A DNA stretch of 64,000 bases from contig CATNEN010000039.1 in the NCBI GenBank assembly GCA_950097015.1, positions 14,508,001 to 14,572,000 of the forward strand. The letters run 5' to 3'. Shown here in pieces: positions 24,766 to 38,542 of the stretch. This stretch comes from Macrostomum hystrix. Lineage: Eukaryota > Animalia > Platyhelminthes. A program made the position numbers and the translations under genes. A model generated the notes under the pieces. It made no database searches. It worked only from the letters and a program-made list of their open reading frames with translations, and was not told the DNA's origin. Position 1 is the first letter of the stretch, and every line of letters starts with the position of its first letter.

Positions 24766-25747
24766 CGGGCATTGCCTTTCATCCTTCTTGTCAGCCTTTT
24801 TTGACCGTTTGGGTCGTCTAGCCCTCAGGGAATCGAGAAATGGGGCGGCTGGGAGAGTGGCGGGCACGCCCGGCCCGTTCGCTTACCAATGAGGAGGTGG
24901 AGGTGAGCACAGATTTCCTGCTCATGGCCTGCCACTCTGAGCAGAATTCTGCATTTTAATCTCCAACTGGCATGGCTATGTTGATGTTGAAGAGAAACAG
25001 ATGAGGCTTGGTAAAAAAGACTTGAGATCGTCTTTCAGAACTAGCAAGGGTGACGAAAGCGAATGCTGCAATAATGGAATCGAAATAAGGGAAATGTCGA
25101 CTTTCGTAAAATCAATGAGATGGCATTTATTTTGCTAAAGCTACGATAACTAACTCGGTGAAAAATCGAGCCAAAGTCTGGGCCGACTTTCCGTATCCAC
25201 ACCGGAGGGGACGAGATTTCAGGGGGCAGGGAGCCAGGCATGTCTTGAATTCTGCAGTTGCCGTGACAGCACTCCCTTTCCTTCCCCTCTCAACCCCTCG
25301 TGCTCGCTCATTCGATTTCAGAGCTCACTTAGCAGCAGGACTAGGTTTTTTCATCCTCTCAGGACTAACGTTAGTTCGCGGCTTCTCAGCTCGCAGAAAT
25401 CGTAATTTTAAAGTCCGTTTACGGATCAGGCAGAGGAATCACAGTTGAGCCGGCTTGCACAGATAGATAAATTGTGGTCTGGTCTTAGATCAGACGATAA
25501 AATACCCCGCTAACAAGCTTTTAAATTTGACTTCGCTGGGCGCACTCACACACCGAGCGACACAATTTTCAGTGGTCTGCGGTCAGCCAATTGACTCTGC
25601 TCTAGCTTCTGCCCAATCTCTCTCCTATCAGCTGCCAAGGAGGCATCGGATTCGTCTACGACTCTCGAGACAGGAAAGGCTAAGCTGAAGTACTTAAAAC
25701 TCGCTGCGTCTAAAGTCAATCGTGATTCTCTACTGAGATAGGAACTG

Positions 25748-28700
25748 ATGAGCGGCTTCTCACAGAGAAATCAGAATCAGCAGCAGCAGCAGCAGCAGCA
25801 GCTACAGCTTCAACAGCAGCAGCAGAAGACAGTCAGAGATCTACCAGGCATGGAGTCAGCAGCCAACGCTCTACTAGACGCTGTGAATCGCAGCAAGCGT
25901 CACCTAGTCAAGTTTATTTTGGAGGCCTGCGAGAAGGATGTCGAAGTCGTAACCAACTATCGCGACTTCAAAGGCAAGACTCCACTTATCAGAGCGGTGT
26001 ACATCACGGTGAGGTTCACAATTTAATGAGAAGGCTTGCCTCGTTTGAAAGTAACAGAATGTAAATGAGTACCAAACTTTGCACTGGAGAGATGAGGTAA
26101 AGATAATATGAGACAGGGGGAGAGATGAGACCAGGGAGAGATGAGACAGGGGAGAGATGAGACCAGGGAGAGATGAGACAAGGGAGAGATGAGACACAGA
26201 TGAGATAAGACTCGGGAGAGATGAGACAAGGGAGAGATGAGACAGGGGGAGAGATGAGACAGGGGGAGAGATGAGACAAGGGAGAGATGAGACACAGATG
26301 AGATAAGACTCGGGAGAGATGAGACAAGGGAGAGATGAGACAGGGGGAGAGATGAGACAGGGGGAGAGATGAGACAAGGGAGAGATGAGACAGAGAAGAG
26401 ATAAGACTCGGGAGAGATGAGACCAGGGAGAGATGAGACAGAGAAGAGATAAGACTCGGGAGAGATGAGACAGGGGGAGAGATGAGACAGAGAAGAGATA
26501 AGACTCGGGAGAGATGAGACAGGGGGAGAGATGAGACAGAGAAGAGATAAGACTCGGGAGAGATGAGACAGGGGGAGAGATGAGACAGAGAAGAGATAAG
26601 ACTCGGGAGAGATGAGACAAGGGAGAGATGAGACAGGGGGAGAGATGAGACAGGGGGAGAGATGAGACAAGGGAGAGATGAGACACAGATGAGATAAGAC
26701 TCGGGAGAGATGAGACTCAGAAGAGATGAAACAGGGGGAGAGATTAGACAAGGGAGAGATGAGACTCAGAAGAGATGAAACAGGGGGAGAGATTAGACAA
26801 GGGAGAGATGAGACAAGGAAGAGATGAGACTCAGAAGAGATGAGACAGGGGGAGAGATTAGACAAGGGAGAGATGAGACACAGATGAGATAAGACTCGGG
26901 AGAGATGAGACTCAGAAGAGATGAGACACAGATGAGATAAGACTCGGGAGAGATGAGACTCAGAAGAGATGAGACACAGATGAGATAAGACTCGGGAGAG
27001 ATGAGACTCAGAAGAGATGAGACAGGGGAGAGGTGAGACAGGGGAGAGATGATACAGGGGAGAGATGAGGCAGGGAGAGATGAGACACCGGATAGATGAG
27101 ACGGGGTAGACGAGATGGGGAGACGGGGTGATGAGACACAATAGAGATGAGAGATAATACACACGAGAAGGAGGGAAAACAAGAGAGTGGATGAGACACA
27201 GGAGAGATACGGCCGAGGAGATTAAGTGTTGAGGTTGGCCCGGAGGTTGCCCATACCTGTCATAGGCAATAAAAGTATTTATTTATGTGTCATATTTCAT
27301 ACAGAACTCCCATAATTATGGATTAAACTGTAAACAATGAAATGAAAGTTTCTAGAATGTTTTTCTGTTTCCAATGCCATCACAATGCCAGCTGTGCCTT
27401 TGCCCTGAATATCTCTGAGCACTAAGCTCTGAAGGCGAACACAATTTTTCAATTCAACTACATCAAACGCGTCATCAAACGCGTCATTCCATTTCTCTTT
27501 TCATCTGAACTAAGTAGAAACTTCTGCACTAATCTAGCTCATTTCCCTGGGGCATTGTTATCCGGCTCATGGCTGCTTGATCAGCATTACTACCATGCCG
27601 GCTCCATCAAAAGATGGTTTCGGGCGCGATGCTTACGGTTGAAGTAACAGGGAAGAGAGATGTCGCTAGAGGGCTTAATCTTATGATTAGATCGGTGCCA
27701 GGCAGGTGTTTGGGCGATCGCTGATGCATGTTCCCACTCCAACCAGGTGTGCTTTGTTTTGGATGCATCCGTCGCATTCTATCCTTCTCATTTTATCCTT
27801 CTCATTCTATCCTTCTCATTTTATCCTTCTCATTCTATCCTTCTCATTTTATCCTTCTCATTCTATTCTTCTCATTCTATCCTTCTCATTCTATCCTTCT
27901 TATTCTATCCTTCTCATTCTATTCTTCTCATTCTATCCTTCTCATTCTATTCTTCTCATTCTATTCTTCTCATTCTATCCTTCTCATTCTATTCTTCTCA
28001 TTCTATCCTTCTCATTCTATTCTTCTCATTCTATTCTTCTCACTCTATTCTTCTCACTCTATCCTTCTCATTCTATCCTTCTCACTCTATCCTTCTCATT
28101 CTATCCTTCTCATTCTATTCTTCTCATTCTATCCTTCTCACTCTATCCTTCTCATTCTATCCTTCTCATTCTATTCTTCTCATTCTATCCTTCTCACTCT
28201 ATCCTTCTCATTCTATCCTTCTCATTCTATTCTTCTCATTCTATCCTTCTCACTCTATCCTTCTTATTCTATCCTTCTCATTCTATCCTTCTCACTCTAT
28301 CCTTCTCATTCTATCCTTCTTATTCTATCCTTCTCATTCTATCCTTCTCACTCTATCCTTCTCATTCTATCCTCATTCTATCCTTCTCATTATACTCGTA
28401 TGCTTTTAAATCTCTCCTGATATTTCATTTACGCATTATAACAATGTCCAATTAAATTTAGAGCATTTTATAGTGCTCAGTTTCTACTGAATATGCGTAT
28501 CGAGCTAATTCATTGATGGTTAATTGAATTTTGAAAACCACTGAAGGGTGTTGATACCCAGAATTTTGAACATGGCCATTTTGGTTTAGGATATAGCTCA
28601 GATGGCTTCAGACTGCTCACAGCTGTGCCCCACTCGAACTCAGTGCTCGACTACAGTGAGATGCCTCTTGACTGAATAAAATAGTTCCAACACAGATTTA

Positions 28701-31700
28701 CTGTTCCTAAGCTGCTCAAGCATTGCTGAGCAGAACTGCAGGTCAGAGATAAGGACTGTAGAATAGAGATAAGGACTGTAGGATTGAAATAAAGACTGTA
28801 GGATAGAGATAAGGACTGTAGGATATAGATAAGAACTGTAGGATATAGATAAGGACTGTAGGATATAGATAAGGACTGTAGGATAGAAATAAGGACTGTC
28901 GGATAGAGATAAGGACTGTAGGATATAGATAAGGACTGTAGGATATAGATAAGGACTGTAGGATATAGATAAGGACTGTAGGATAGAGATAAGGACTGTA
29001 GGATATAGATAAGGACTGTAGGATATAGATAAGAACTGTAGGATATAGATAAGAACTGTAGGATATAGATAAGGACTGTAGGATAGATATAAGGACTGTA
29101 GGATAGAAATAAGGACTGTAGGATATAGATAAGAACTGTAGGATATAGATAAGGACTGTAGGATAGAAATAAGGACTGTAGGATATAGATAAGGACTGTA
29201 GGATAGAAATAAGGACTGTCGGATATAGATAAGGACTGTAGGATAGAAATAAGGACTGTCGGATATAGATAAGGACTGTAGGATATAGATAAGGACTGTA
29301 GGATAGAAATAAGGACTGTCGGATAGAGATAAGGACTGTAGGATATAGATAAGAACTGTAGGATATACATAAGAACTGTAGGATATAGATAAGGACTGTA
29401 GGATATAGATAAGGACTGTAGGATATAGATAAGAACTGTAGGATATAGATAAGAACTGTAGGATATAGATAAGGACTGCAGGATATAGATAAGGACTGTA
29501 GGATATAGATAAGGACTGTAGGATAGAAATAAGGACTTTCGGATAGAGATAAGGACTGTCGGATAGAGATAAGGACTGTAGGATATAGATAAGGACTGTA
29601 GGATATAGATAAGAACTGTAGGATATAGATAAGGACTGTAGGATATAGATAAGGACTGTAGGATAGAAATAAGGACTGTCGGATAGGGATAAGGACTGTA
29701 GGATATAGATAAGGACTGTAGGATATAGATGAGGACTGTAGGATATAGATAAGGACTGTAGGATAGAAATAAGGACTGTCGGATAGAGATAAGGACTGTA
29801 GGATATAGATAAGGACTGTAAGATATAGATAAGGACTGTAGGATATAGATAAGGACTGTAGGATAGAAATAAGGACTGTCGGATAGAGATAAGGACCGTA
29901 GGATATAGATAAGGACTGTAGGATATAGATAAGGACTGTAGGATATAGATAAGAACTGTAGGATATACATAAGAACTGTAGGATATAGATAAGGACTGTA
30001 GGATATAGATAAGGACTGTAGGATATAGATAAGAACTGTAGGATATAGATAAGAACTGTAGGATATAGATAAGGACTGCAGGATATAGATAAGGACTGTA
30101 GGATATAGATAAGGACTGTAGGATAGAAATAAGGACTTTCGGATAGAGATAAGGACTGTCGGATAGAGATAAGGACTGTAGGATATAGATAAGGACTGTA
30201 GGATATAGATAAGAACTGTAGGATATAGATAAGAACTGTAGGATATAGATAAGGACTGTAGGATATAGATAAGGACTGTAGGATAGAAATAAGGACTGTC
30301 GGATAGGGATAAGGACTGTAGGATATAGATAAGGACTGTAGGATATAGATAAGGACTGTAGGATATAGATAAGGACTGTAGGATAGAAATAAGGACTGTC
30401 GGATAGAGATAAGGACTGTAGGATATAGATAAGGACTGTAAGATATAGATAAGGACTGTAGGATATAGATAAGGACTGTAGGATAGAAATAAGGACTGTC
30501 GGATAGAGATAAGGACCGTAGGATATAGATAAGGACTGTAGGATATAGATAAGGACTGTAGGATATAGATAAGAACTGTAGGATAGATATAAGGACTGTA
30601 GGATAGAAATAAGGACTGTCGGATATAGATAAGAACTGTAGGATATAGATAAGAACTGTAGGATATAGATAAGGACTGTAGGATAGAAATAAGGACTGTC
30701 GGATAGAGATAAGGACCGTAGGATATAGATAAGGACTGTAGGATATAGATAAGGACTGTAGGATATAGATAAGAACTGTAGGATAGATATAAGGACTGTA
30801 GGATAGAAATAAGGACTGTAGGATATAGATAAGGACTGTAGGATATAGATAAGGACTGTAGGATAGAAATAAGGACTGTCGGATAGAGATAAGGACTGTA
30901 GGATATAGATAAGGACTGTAGGATATAGATAAGGACTGCATGGTGCGGGAGAATGACAGTATGATGTGGGGGAAAGTATGATGTGGGATAATGACAGTAT
31001 GGTTTGTGAGGATGACAGTGTGATGTGGGAGAATGACAGTATGGTGTGGGAGAATGACAGTGAAGTGTTGGAGGATGACAGTATGGTGTGGGAGAATGAC
31101 AGTGTGATGTGGGATAATGACAGTGTGATGTGGGATAATGACAGTGTGATGTGGGATAATGACAGTATGATGTGGGGGAATGACAGTATGATGTGGGAGA
31201 ATGACTGCATTGTGAGGTAGAATTACTATTCGTAACTATAGCGAGAAAGTAAAGCAAATCGAAAGATTGGAAAGATGAAAACGCTTAATGGACATGTTAA
31301 GCAGGAAAAATATGATACAAGATTGATAGACAGAGCAAAGTTTTAAGCCGAGCTCAAAACCTGAGAACTCAATGGCTCAGCCGGACTAGCAGTCACGCAG
31401 TTGCACTCAACCACAAACTTGATCTGTCTCCGAAGCCAGTGACACCGCGTCTAGAAAGTGCACGCGGCTCTCACTCACCTGGTCGACAGTCCGGAAGAAG
31501 GACACACTCCAGTCGTGTATCTCTCCCGGTTTACCTAGCATCGATTTGACGCACACGTGACTCAGACCACGACGCGGATGGCAGATGCGAAGGAAGCCCC
31601 GATCGGGTTGGGGTGGTGGGCCTGCGTTTCCTGGGCGACCGGGCTTGTTGACACTACATGCGATGCGCAGACAGCTGTTCCTAGGGCCAAGTCCTCACCC

Positions 31701-34700
31701 TTCAAGCGGCGCACTTCCCGTATCGATTCGCTCGGAGGAGATGTCAACGAGGGAGAAAAAAAAGTAGACTGAGCTGGCGTTTCAGGTGTTTACTCCCCCG
31801 GATTTTTCAAGTCCGAGAGATGTTCATCCGAAACCCGAAAAAATAATGTCCATGAAAATGGCATCAACAATTTCCTAAAAGTGTGACTGACACTTGCCTG
31901 CTTTCGCTTTTCCGTACTCAATCGATCATGCTTTTCAACTTGAACAAGAAACTTCAAGCAAGCCAACTACTTGAAACTTTTTTATGCTTGCAAACAAGCT
32001 GACATTCTTGCTTGTCGAATCGAAGCTTGTATCGTAGGAATCGAAGCTAGAATCAATGAAGGAATCGAAGCTAGTACCAATGAAAGAATCGAAGCTAGAA
32101 TCAATAAAGGAATCGAAGCTAGTATCAATGAAGGAATCGAAGCTAGTAACAATGAAGGAGTCGAAGCTAGTATCAATGAAGGAATCGAAGCTAGTATCAA
32201 TAAAAGGAATCGAAGCTTGTATCAATAAAAGGAATCGAAGCTAGAATCAATAAAGGAATCGAAGCTTGTATCAATGAAAGGAATCGAAGCTAGTATCAAT
32301 AAAAGGAATCGAAGCTAGAATCAATGAAGGAATCGAAGCTAGTATCAATAAAAGGAATCGAAGCTAGTATCAATGAAGGAATCGAAGTTTGTATCAATGA
32401 AGGAATCGAAGCTAGAATCAATGAAGGAATCGAAGCTTGTATCAATGAAGGAATCGAAGCTAGAATCAATGAAGGAATCGAAGCTAGTATCAATGAAGGA
32501 ATCGAAGCTAGAATCAATGAAGGAATCGAAGCTAGTATCAATAAAAGGAATCGAAGCTAGAATTAATGAAGGAATCGAAGCTAGAATCAATGAAGGAATC
32601 GAAGCTAGAATCAATGAAGGAATCGAAGCTTGTATCAATGAAAGGAATCGAAGCTAGTATCAATAAAAGGAATCGAAGCTAGAATCAATGAAGAAATCGA
32701 AGCTAGTATCAATAAAAGGAATCGAAGCTAGTAACAATGAAGGAATCGAAGCTAGTATCAATAAAAGGAATCGAAGCTAGAATCAATGAAGGAATCGAAG
32801 CTAGAATCAATGTAGGAATCGAAGCTAGTATCAATGAAGGAATCGAAGCTAGAATCAATGAAGGAATCGAAGCTAGAATCAATGTAGGAATCGAAGCTAG
32901 TATCAATGAAGGAATCGAAGCTAGAATCAATGAAGGAATCGAAGCTAGAATCAATGAAGGAATCGAAGCTAGAATCAATGAAGGAATCGAAGCTAGAATC
33001 AATGAAGGAATCGAAGCTAGAATCAATGAAGGAATCGAAGCTTGTATCAATGAAAGGAATCGAAGCTAGTATCAATAAAAGGAATCGAAGCTAGAATCAA
33101 TGAAGGAATCGAAGCTAGTATCAATAAAAGGAATCGAAGCTAGTATCAATGAAGGAATCGAAGTTTGTATCAATGAAGGAATCGAAGCTAGAATCAATGA
33201 AGGAATCGAAGCTAGTATCAATGAAGGAATCGAAGCTAGTATCAATGAAGGAATCGAAGTTTGTATCAATGAAGGAATCGAAGCTAGTATCAATAAAAGG
33301 AATCGAAGCTAGAATCAATGAAGGAATCGAAGCTAGTATCAATGAAGGAATCGAAGTTTGTATCAATGAAGGAATCGAAGCTAGTATCAATGAAGGAATC
33401 GAAGCTTGTATCAATGAAGGAATCGAAGCTAGTATCAATGAAGGAATCGAAGCTAGTATCAATAAAAGGAATCGAAGCTAGAATTAATGAAGGAATCGAA
33501 GCTAGAATCAATGAAGGAATCGAAGCTAGAGTCAATGAAGGAATCGAAGCTTGTATCAATGAAAGGAATCGAAGCTAGTATCAATAAAAGGAATCGAAGC
33601 TAGAATTAATGAAGGAATCGAAGCTAGAATCAATGAAGGAATCGAAGCTAGAATCAATGAAGGAATCGAAGCTTGTATCAATGAAAGGAATCGAAGCTAG
33701 TATCAATAAAAGGAATCGAAGCTAGAATCAATGAAGGAATCGAAGCTAGTATCAATAAAAGGAATCGAAGCTAGTATCAATGAAGGAATCGAAGCTAGTA
33801 TCAATAAAAGGAATCGAAGCTAGAATCAATGAAGGAATCGAAGCTAGAATCAATGTAGGAATCGAAGCTAGTATCAATGAAGGAATCGAAGCTAGAATCA
33901 ATGAAGGAATCGAAGCTAGAATCAATGAAGGAATCGAAGCTAGAATCAATGAAGGAATCGAAGCTAGAATCAATGAAGGAATCGAAGCTAGAATCAATGA
34001 AGGAATCGAAGCTTGTATCAATGAAAGGAATCGAAGCTAGTATCAATAAAAGGAATCGAAGCTAGAATCAATGAAGGAATCGAAGCTAGTATCAATAAAA
34101 GGAATCGAAGCTAGTATCAATGAAGGAATCGAAGTTTGTATCAATGAAGGAATCGAAGCTAGAATCAATGAAGGAATCGAAGCTAGAATCAATGAAGGAA
34201 TCGAAGCTAGTATCAATAAAAGGAATCGAAGCTAGTATCAATGAAGGAATCGAAGTTTGTATCAATGAAGGAATCGAAGCTAGAATCAATGAAGGAATCG
34301 AAGCTAGAATCAATGAAGGAATCGAAGCTAGAATCAATGAAGGAATCGAAGCTAGAATCAATGAAGGAATCGAAGCTAGTAACAATGAAGGAGTCGAAGC
34401 TAGAATCAATGAAGGAATCGAAGCTAGTATCAATAAAAGGAATCGAAGCTAGTATCAATGAAGGAATCGAAGCTAGTATCAATAAAAGGAATCGAAGCTA
34501 GAATCAATGAAGGAATCGAAGCTAGAATCAATGTAGGAATCGAAGCTAGTATCAATGAAGGAATCGAAGCTAGAATCAATGAAGGAATCGAAGCTAGAAT
34601 TAATGAAGGAATCGAAGCTAGAATCAATGAAGGAATCGAAGCTAGAATCAATGAAGGAATCGAAGCTTGTATCAATGAAAGGAATCGAAGCTTGTATCAA

Positions 34701-37700
34701 TGAAAGGAATCGAAGCTAGTATCAATAAAAGGAATCGAAGCTAGAATCAATGAAGGAATCGAAGCTAGTATCAATAAAAGGAATCGAAGCTAGTATCAAT
34801 GAAGGAATCGAAGCTAGTAACAATGAAGGAGTCGAAGCTAGTATCAATGAAGGAATCGAAGCTAGTATCAATAAAAGGAATCGAAGCTAGTATCAATGAA
34901 GGAATCGAAGCTAGTAACAATGAAGGAGTCGAAGCTAGTATCAATGAAGGAATCGAAGCTAGTATCAATAAAAGGAATCGAAGCTAGTATCAATAAAAGG
35001 AATCGAAGCTAGTATCAATGAAGGAATCGAAGCTAGTAACAATGAAGGAATCGAAGCTAATAACAATGAAGGAGTCGAAGCTAGTATCAATGAAGGAATC
35101 GAAGCTAGTATCAATGAAGGAATCGAAGCTAGTAACAATGAAGGAGTCGAAGCTAGTATCAATGAAGGAATCGAAGCTAGTATCAATAAAAGGAATCGAA
35201 GCTTGTAGGAAGCGAAATATTTTATTGCAGCCTTGAAACTTAGCAATAATTATACATAATCATTGATTGCGTCAATCACTTGTCTTTCTTGTAGTCAGAT
35301 AGAAATTCGCTTTTTATGTTAAAGCAAAACATGAACGAGTAATAAACAATTGTTTCCATTAAAACAAGCAATACAATCACTAATGTTAGTGGGACCTATT
35401 GTGTATTACGAAACTAAAAGCTAGAATTTTTTACACTTATAAAGAAACAGAATGAGCTGTGATGTGAGGCAATACAAATGGAACATTCTATATCTTTTTA
35501 ATAAACCTTTATCCCACGCCATCCCAGGAGGAGAAGTGTCGCCAGAAGATCTTGGACATGTTGCTCTCGCACGGCGCCAATCCCAATTATCAGGACGACG
35601 CGGGCAGGACCGCCCTCAGCTACGCGTGCGAGCTGCGGCACAATGACGTCGTACGCCAACTTGTACGATTCAATGTGGACCCCGAGCTGCCAGACACTGA
35701 AGGTGATTTTCGGCTAGTTATTCTCTGGGCTGTGGAGTGATCCTCTGACTGTGGAGTCATCCTCTGGGCTGTGGAGTGATCCTCTGGGCTGTGGAGTGAT
35801 TCTCTGACTGTGGAGTCATCCTCTGGGCTGTGGAGTGATCCTCTGGGCTGTGGAGTGATTCTCTGACTGTGGAGTGATTCTCTGACTGTGGAGTGATTCT
35901 CTGACTGTGGAGTGATTCTCTGACTGTGGAGTGATCCTCTGACTGTGGAGTGATCCTCTGGGCTGTGGAGTGATCCTCTGGGCTGTGGAGTGATTCTCTG
36001 ACTGTGGAGTGATTCTCTGACTGTGGAGTGATTCTCTGACTGTGGAGTGATTCTCTGACTGTGGAGTGATTCTCTGACTGTGGAGTGATCCTCTGACTGT
36101 GTAGTGATCCTCTGACTGTGGAGTGATCCTCTGGGCTGTGGAGTGATCCTCTGGGCTGTGGAGTGATCCTCTGGGCTGTGGAGTGATCCTCTGGGCTGTG
36201 GAGTGATCCTCTGGGCTGTGGAGTGATCCTCTGACTGTGGAGTGATGTGAGTAGTGACCATTGGGGCCTGTAGGGTTAGGAAAACTACTGGTGTGTGGAT
36301 TGTTTATTAACGCAGACATAAAAGGAAATATGACCATGAGGCTTTAGGCATGCCGTATTTTAAGGTAATAAGTCCTATCATATCAGCCTTCTGTCCCATA
36401 AGGCCTCAGAGCTAATTGCGGTGAGGTAACTTAATCAGCAGGCACTGATTTACTGTGCCCATAAGGGGCTGGAGACAGAGACTAATTCAGTTCCAAATGG
36501 TTGATGTTAATCTATAGTGTCTGTCCCATCGTCATCCGCATCAGGTGTCCATTTCTTGCCCTGATCCTCTCGAGTCGATAAACATTGATTTTGCATCCAA
36601 TCATTATCCCAATTCTGTTCCACTAACTGTACGAACGGCTAATTTTGTTTAAAACAGCGTTCAATCGTACAATAGAGGTTCAATAAAGTATTCACAGGTC
36701 TCAGCAGTTTTCATCTTAACTGTAGAACTATACCAAGGGGGCTGACACGGGCCAAGTTTTTGTTGCGCATCTTCTGAAACAAGAATCAAGTCGCCAGCTC
36801 TTCAGACCGTCGAGATATTCAACGGTTCTGGCCAAAGGTCGGATTTTTTCCATAGGCGCTAGTTTATTTCATACACCCCTATTTCGCGCCTCAGTGCGGC
36901 CTTGCCAGGCCTTCAAACTTTATCAGCATGTCACCCGAATGTGCCTGCATCATCTCCGTCTTCGATGGTCACCTAACTTTATCTAGACGGACTGCTGGAC
37001 CTTCAGGGGCTACAACAGGATACCTGACGCGAATTTCTCAAATTTCACTAATCAATACTAAATATTAGGCGCAGCTCAACCAATTAAAGGACACCATCGC
37101 CTAGTCTGTCAACCAATCAGCACCACCGAAAGAACCGCAGAAATATTTTCAGGGGGAGTTCCCCCACCCCCCACGCCTGGTATAAAAAGGGCGCCAAAAT
37201 GGCTTGGTAGTCCTACTGTTAAATTGAAAAAATTGTTACAGTAAATAAGTTTTAGCCCAGTGATTAGCGCTTTCGACTACTAACGTAACTAGAGGTCAGG
37301 AGTTCAAATCCCAGCCAAATGGCAGCTACAGGTAACAGCATGAGCTGGGGTAGAAATTTAGGTGGTCCAACTAGCCTAGCTGTAATGTGTATTGACCTCC
37401 CTGGAAAGAAAAAAAGTTTCAATTTAGGTGGAAATGAACTCAACAATTCAATTGAGAACAAACGTAAGCAGCAACGCCTTTGCCTCTCGCACCAAGGTCC
37501 CTGAGCTCGATTCCACGGCGAGGCCACATTTATTTGGGGCGCAGCCGCGAAGAGAAGGCTTGGGGGCTTGTCGTGCAATTTATGCTCTTAAGGGCCAACC
37601 ACGAAGGCACAGTGAAAGTGCACTGCCTGACAATGAGAAAGTCAGGGCAGATGTACACACCTGTGTGAGCGAGTGCCTGCGTACGGTATCTGTGTGCGTG

Positions 37701-38542
37701 TGTGCTCAGGAGTCAGCTAAATAATTGCTTTATGGCTGGCTGCGGGTCTAAAGTCACTAAATGATGTGCCACTGCCCGCAGCCCTCATGAAATTATGTGT
37801 TTTCTTAAAACGTCAGCAGCATGCCGATTGATTCCTGACTTTTATCCAAGGTAACACGCCTCTGATGCACTGCGCCCGTGTTGGCAACGACACGGGCATC
37901 GCCATCCTCATTAAGTGCTTCCGAAGGCTCGGCCTCGACATCGACCGCAGCAACAAGGAGGGCTTCACCGCCATGCTCATAGCAGCCCGTCACGGCTTCA
38001 CCGAGTGCGCCAGCCTGCTGGCCCTGGACGGCCACGCGTCCGTTAGCCGCACCGATCCGAAGTACGGTCGCAACTCTGAGCAATGGGCCCGGGCGCAGGG
38101 CTGCACCACCCCGGAGGTGGCGGCATTCAGCGCTGACACCGGCGGCGGCGGCGTGGCTGGCGGTGTCGGCGTGGGCAGTAGCAGCCATCGCAGGCGCATT
38201 CTTCTACGCGGACCCTGTCGAGACGATCCGATAGCGGTCTATCCGAGTCCGGCGCGAGGTGGCAAATTGTCGGCTTCGATGCCTGCTCGTTCCCTTCAGC
38301 AGCAGGCCGGAAAGTCTGATCAGCGACCAGCAGCCAGCAGCGAAGACAATGACAGTGACGAAGGAGAGGCTGGCAGCAGCGGCAGCAGCGACAGTGAAAG
38401 CAATGATACTCGAAGGCGGTTGCCTGCAGCGCTGGAGCGCGACGAATGCAGCCCGCCGCCCAGCTTCAACGATCGCGGTCGTCGGCGCGGAGGCGAAGAA
38501 AGTGGCCATTCGGCCGGAACCAGCATGAGTACACTGGACTGA
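25748..38542 (+). CDS. ANKRD63: Ankyrin repeat protein, ANKRD63 homolog, about 375 aa
   Basis: Exons 25748-26008, 35528-35702 and 37851-38542 (1128 nt, phases 0 and 1). HLVKFILEA, GKTPLIRAV, GRTALSYACE, QLVRFNVDPE and CFRRLGLDIDRSNKEGFTA parallel ANKRD63 (HLARFVLDA, GRTALSLACE, LLVQFSGDPE, SFRRLGLRLDRTNRAGLTA). N-terminal polyQ. Confidence 0.85.
26087..27200. repeat. Purine-rich minisatellite (AGAGATGAGACAGGGG variants)
   Basis: Starts about 80 bp after the ANKRD63 exon 1 donor. Confidence 0.95.
27775..28390. repeat. 14-bp minisatellite (TTCTATCCTTCTCA)
   Basis: About 44 units. Confidence 0.95.
28745..30940. repeat. 20-bp minisatellite (GGATATAGATAAGGACTGTA) with a roughly 600-bp higher-order duplication
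   Basis: About 110 units; rare variants (tacat, ctgca, ctttc) recur 600 bp apart in blocks starting at 29341 and 29941. Confidence 0.97.
30941..31207. repeat. 21-bp minisatellite (TGTGGGATAATGACAGTGTGA)
   Basis: About 12 degenerate units directly abutting the 20-mer array. Confidence 0.9.
32017..35206. repeat. 24/25-bp minisatellite (GGAATCGAAGCTAGWATCAATGAA)
   Basis: About 130 units in ANKRD63 intron 1. Confidence 0.97.
35719..36246. repeat. 19/20-bp minisatellite (CTGTGGAGTGATYCTCTGA/GG)
   Basis: Starts about 16 bp after the ANKRD63 exon 2 donor. Confidence 0.95.
37465..37772 (+). mobile_element. SINE family C copy with tRNA-like head
   Basis: B-box-like GCTCGATTCC near 37505; body homologous to 14845-15145; 3' part homologous to 6597-6700. 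A separate tRNA-like SINE head (TAGCCCAGTGATTAG...AGTTCAAATCC) lies at about 37252-37315. Confidence 0.72.

Noticed and set aside
26016-35246. Many long ORFs (up to 868 aa) inside ANKRD63 intron 1
   Set aside because: They are translations of 14-25-bp satellites, open in several frames at once, with no domain content.
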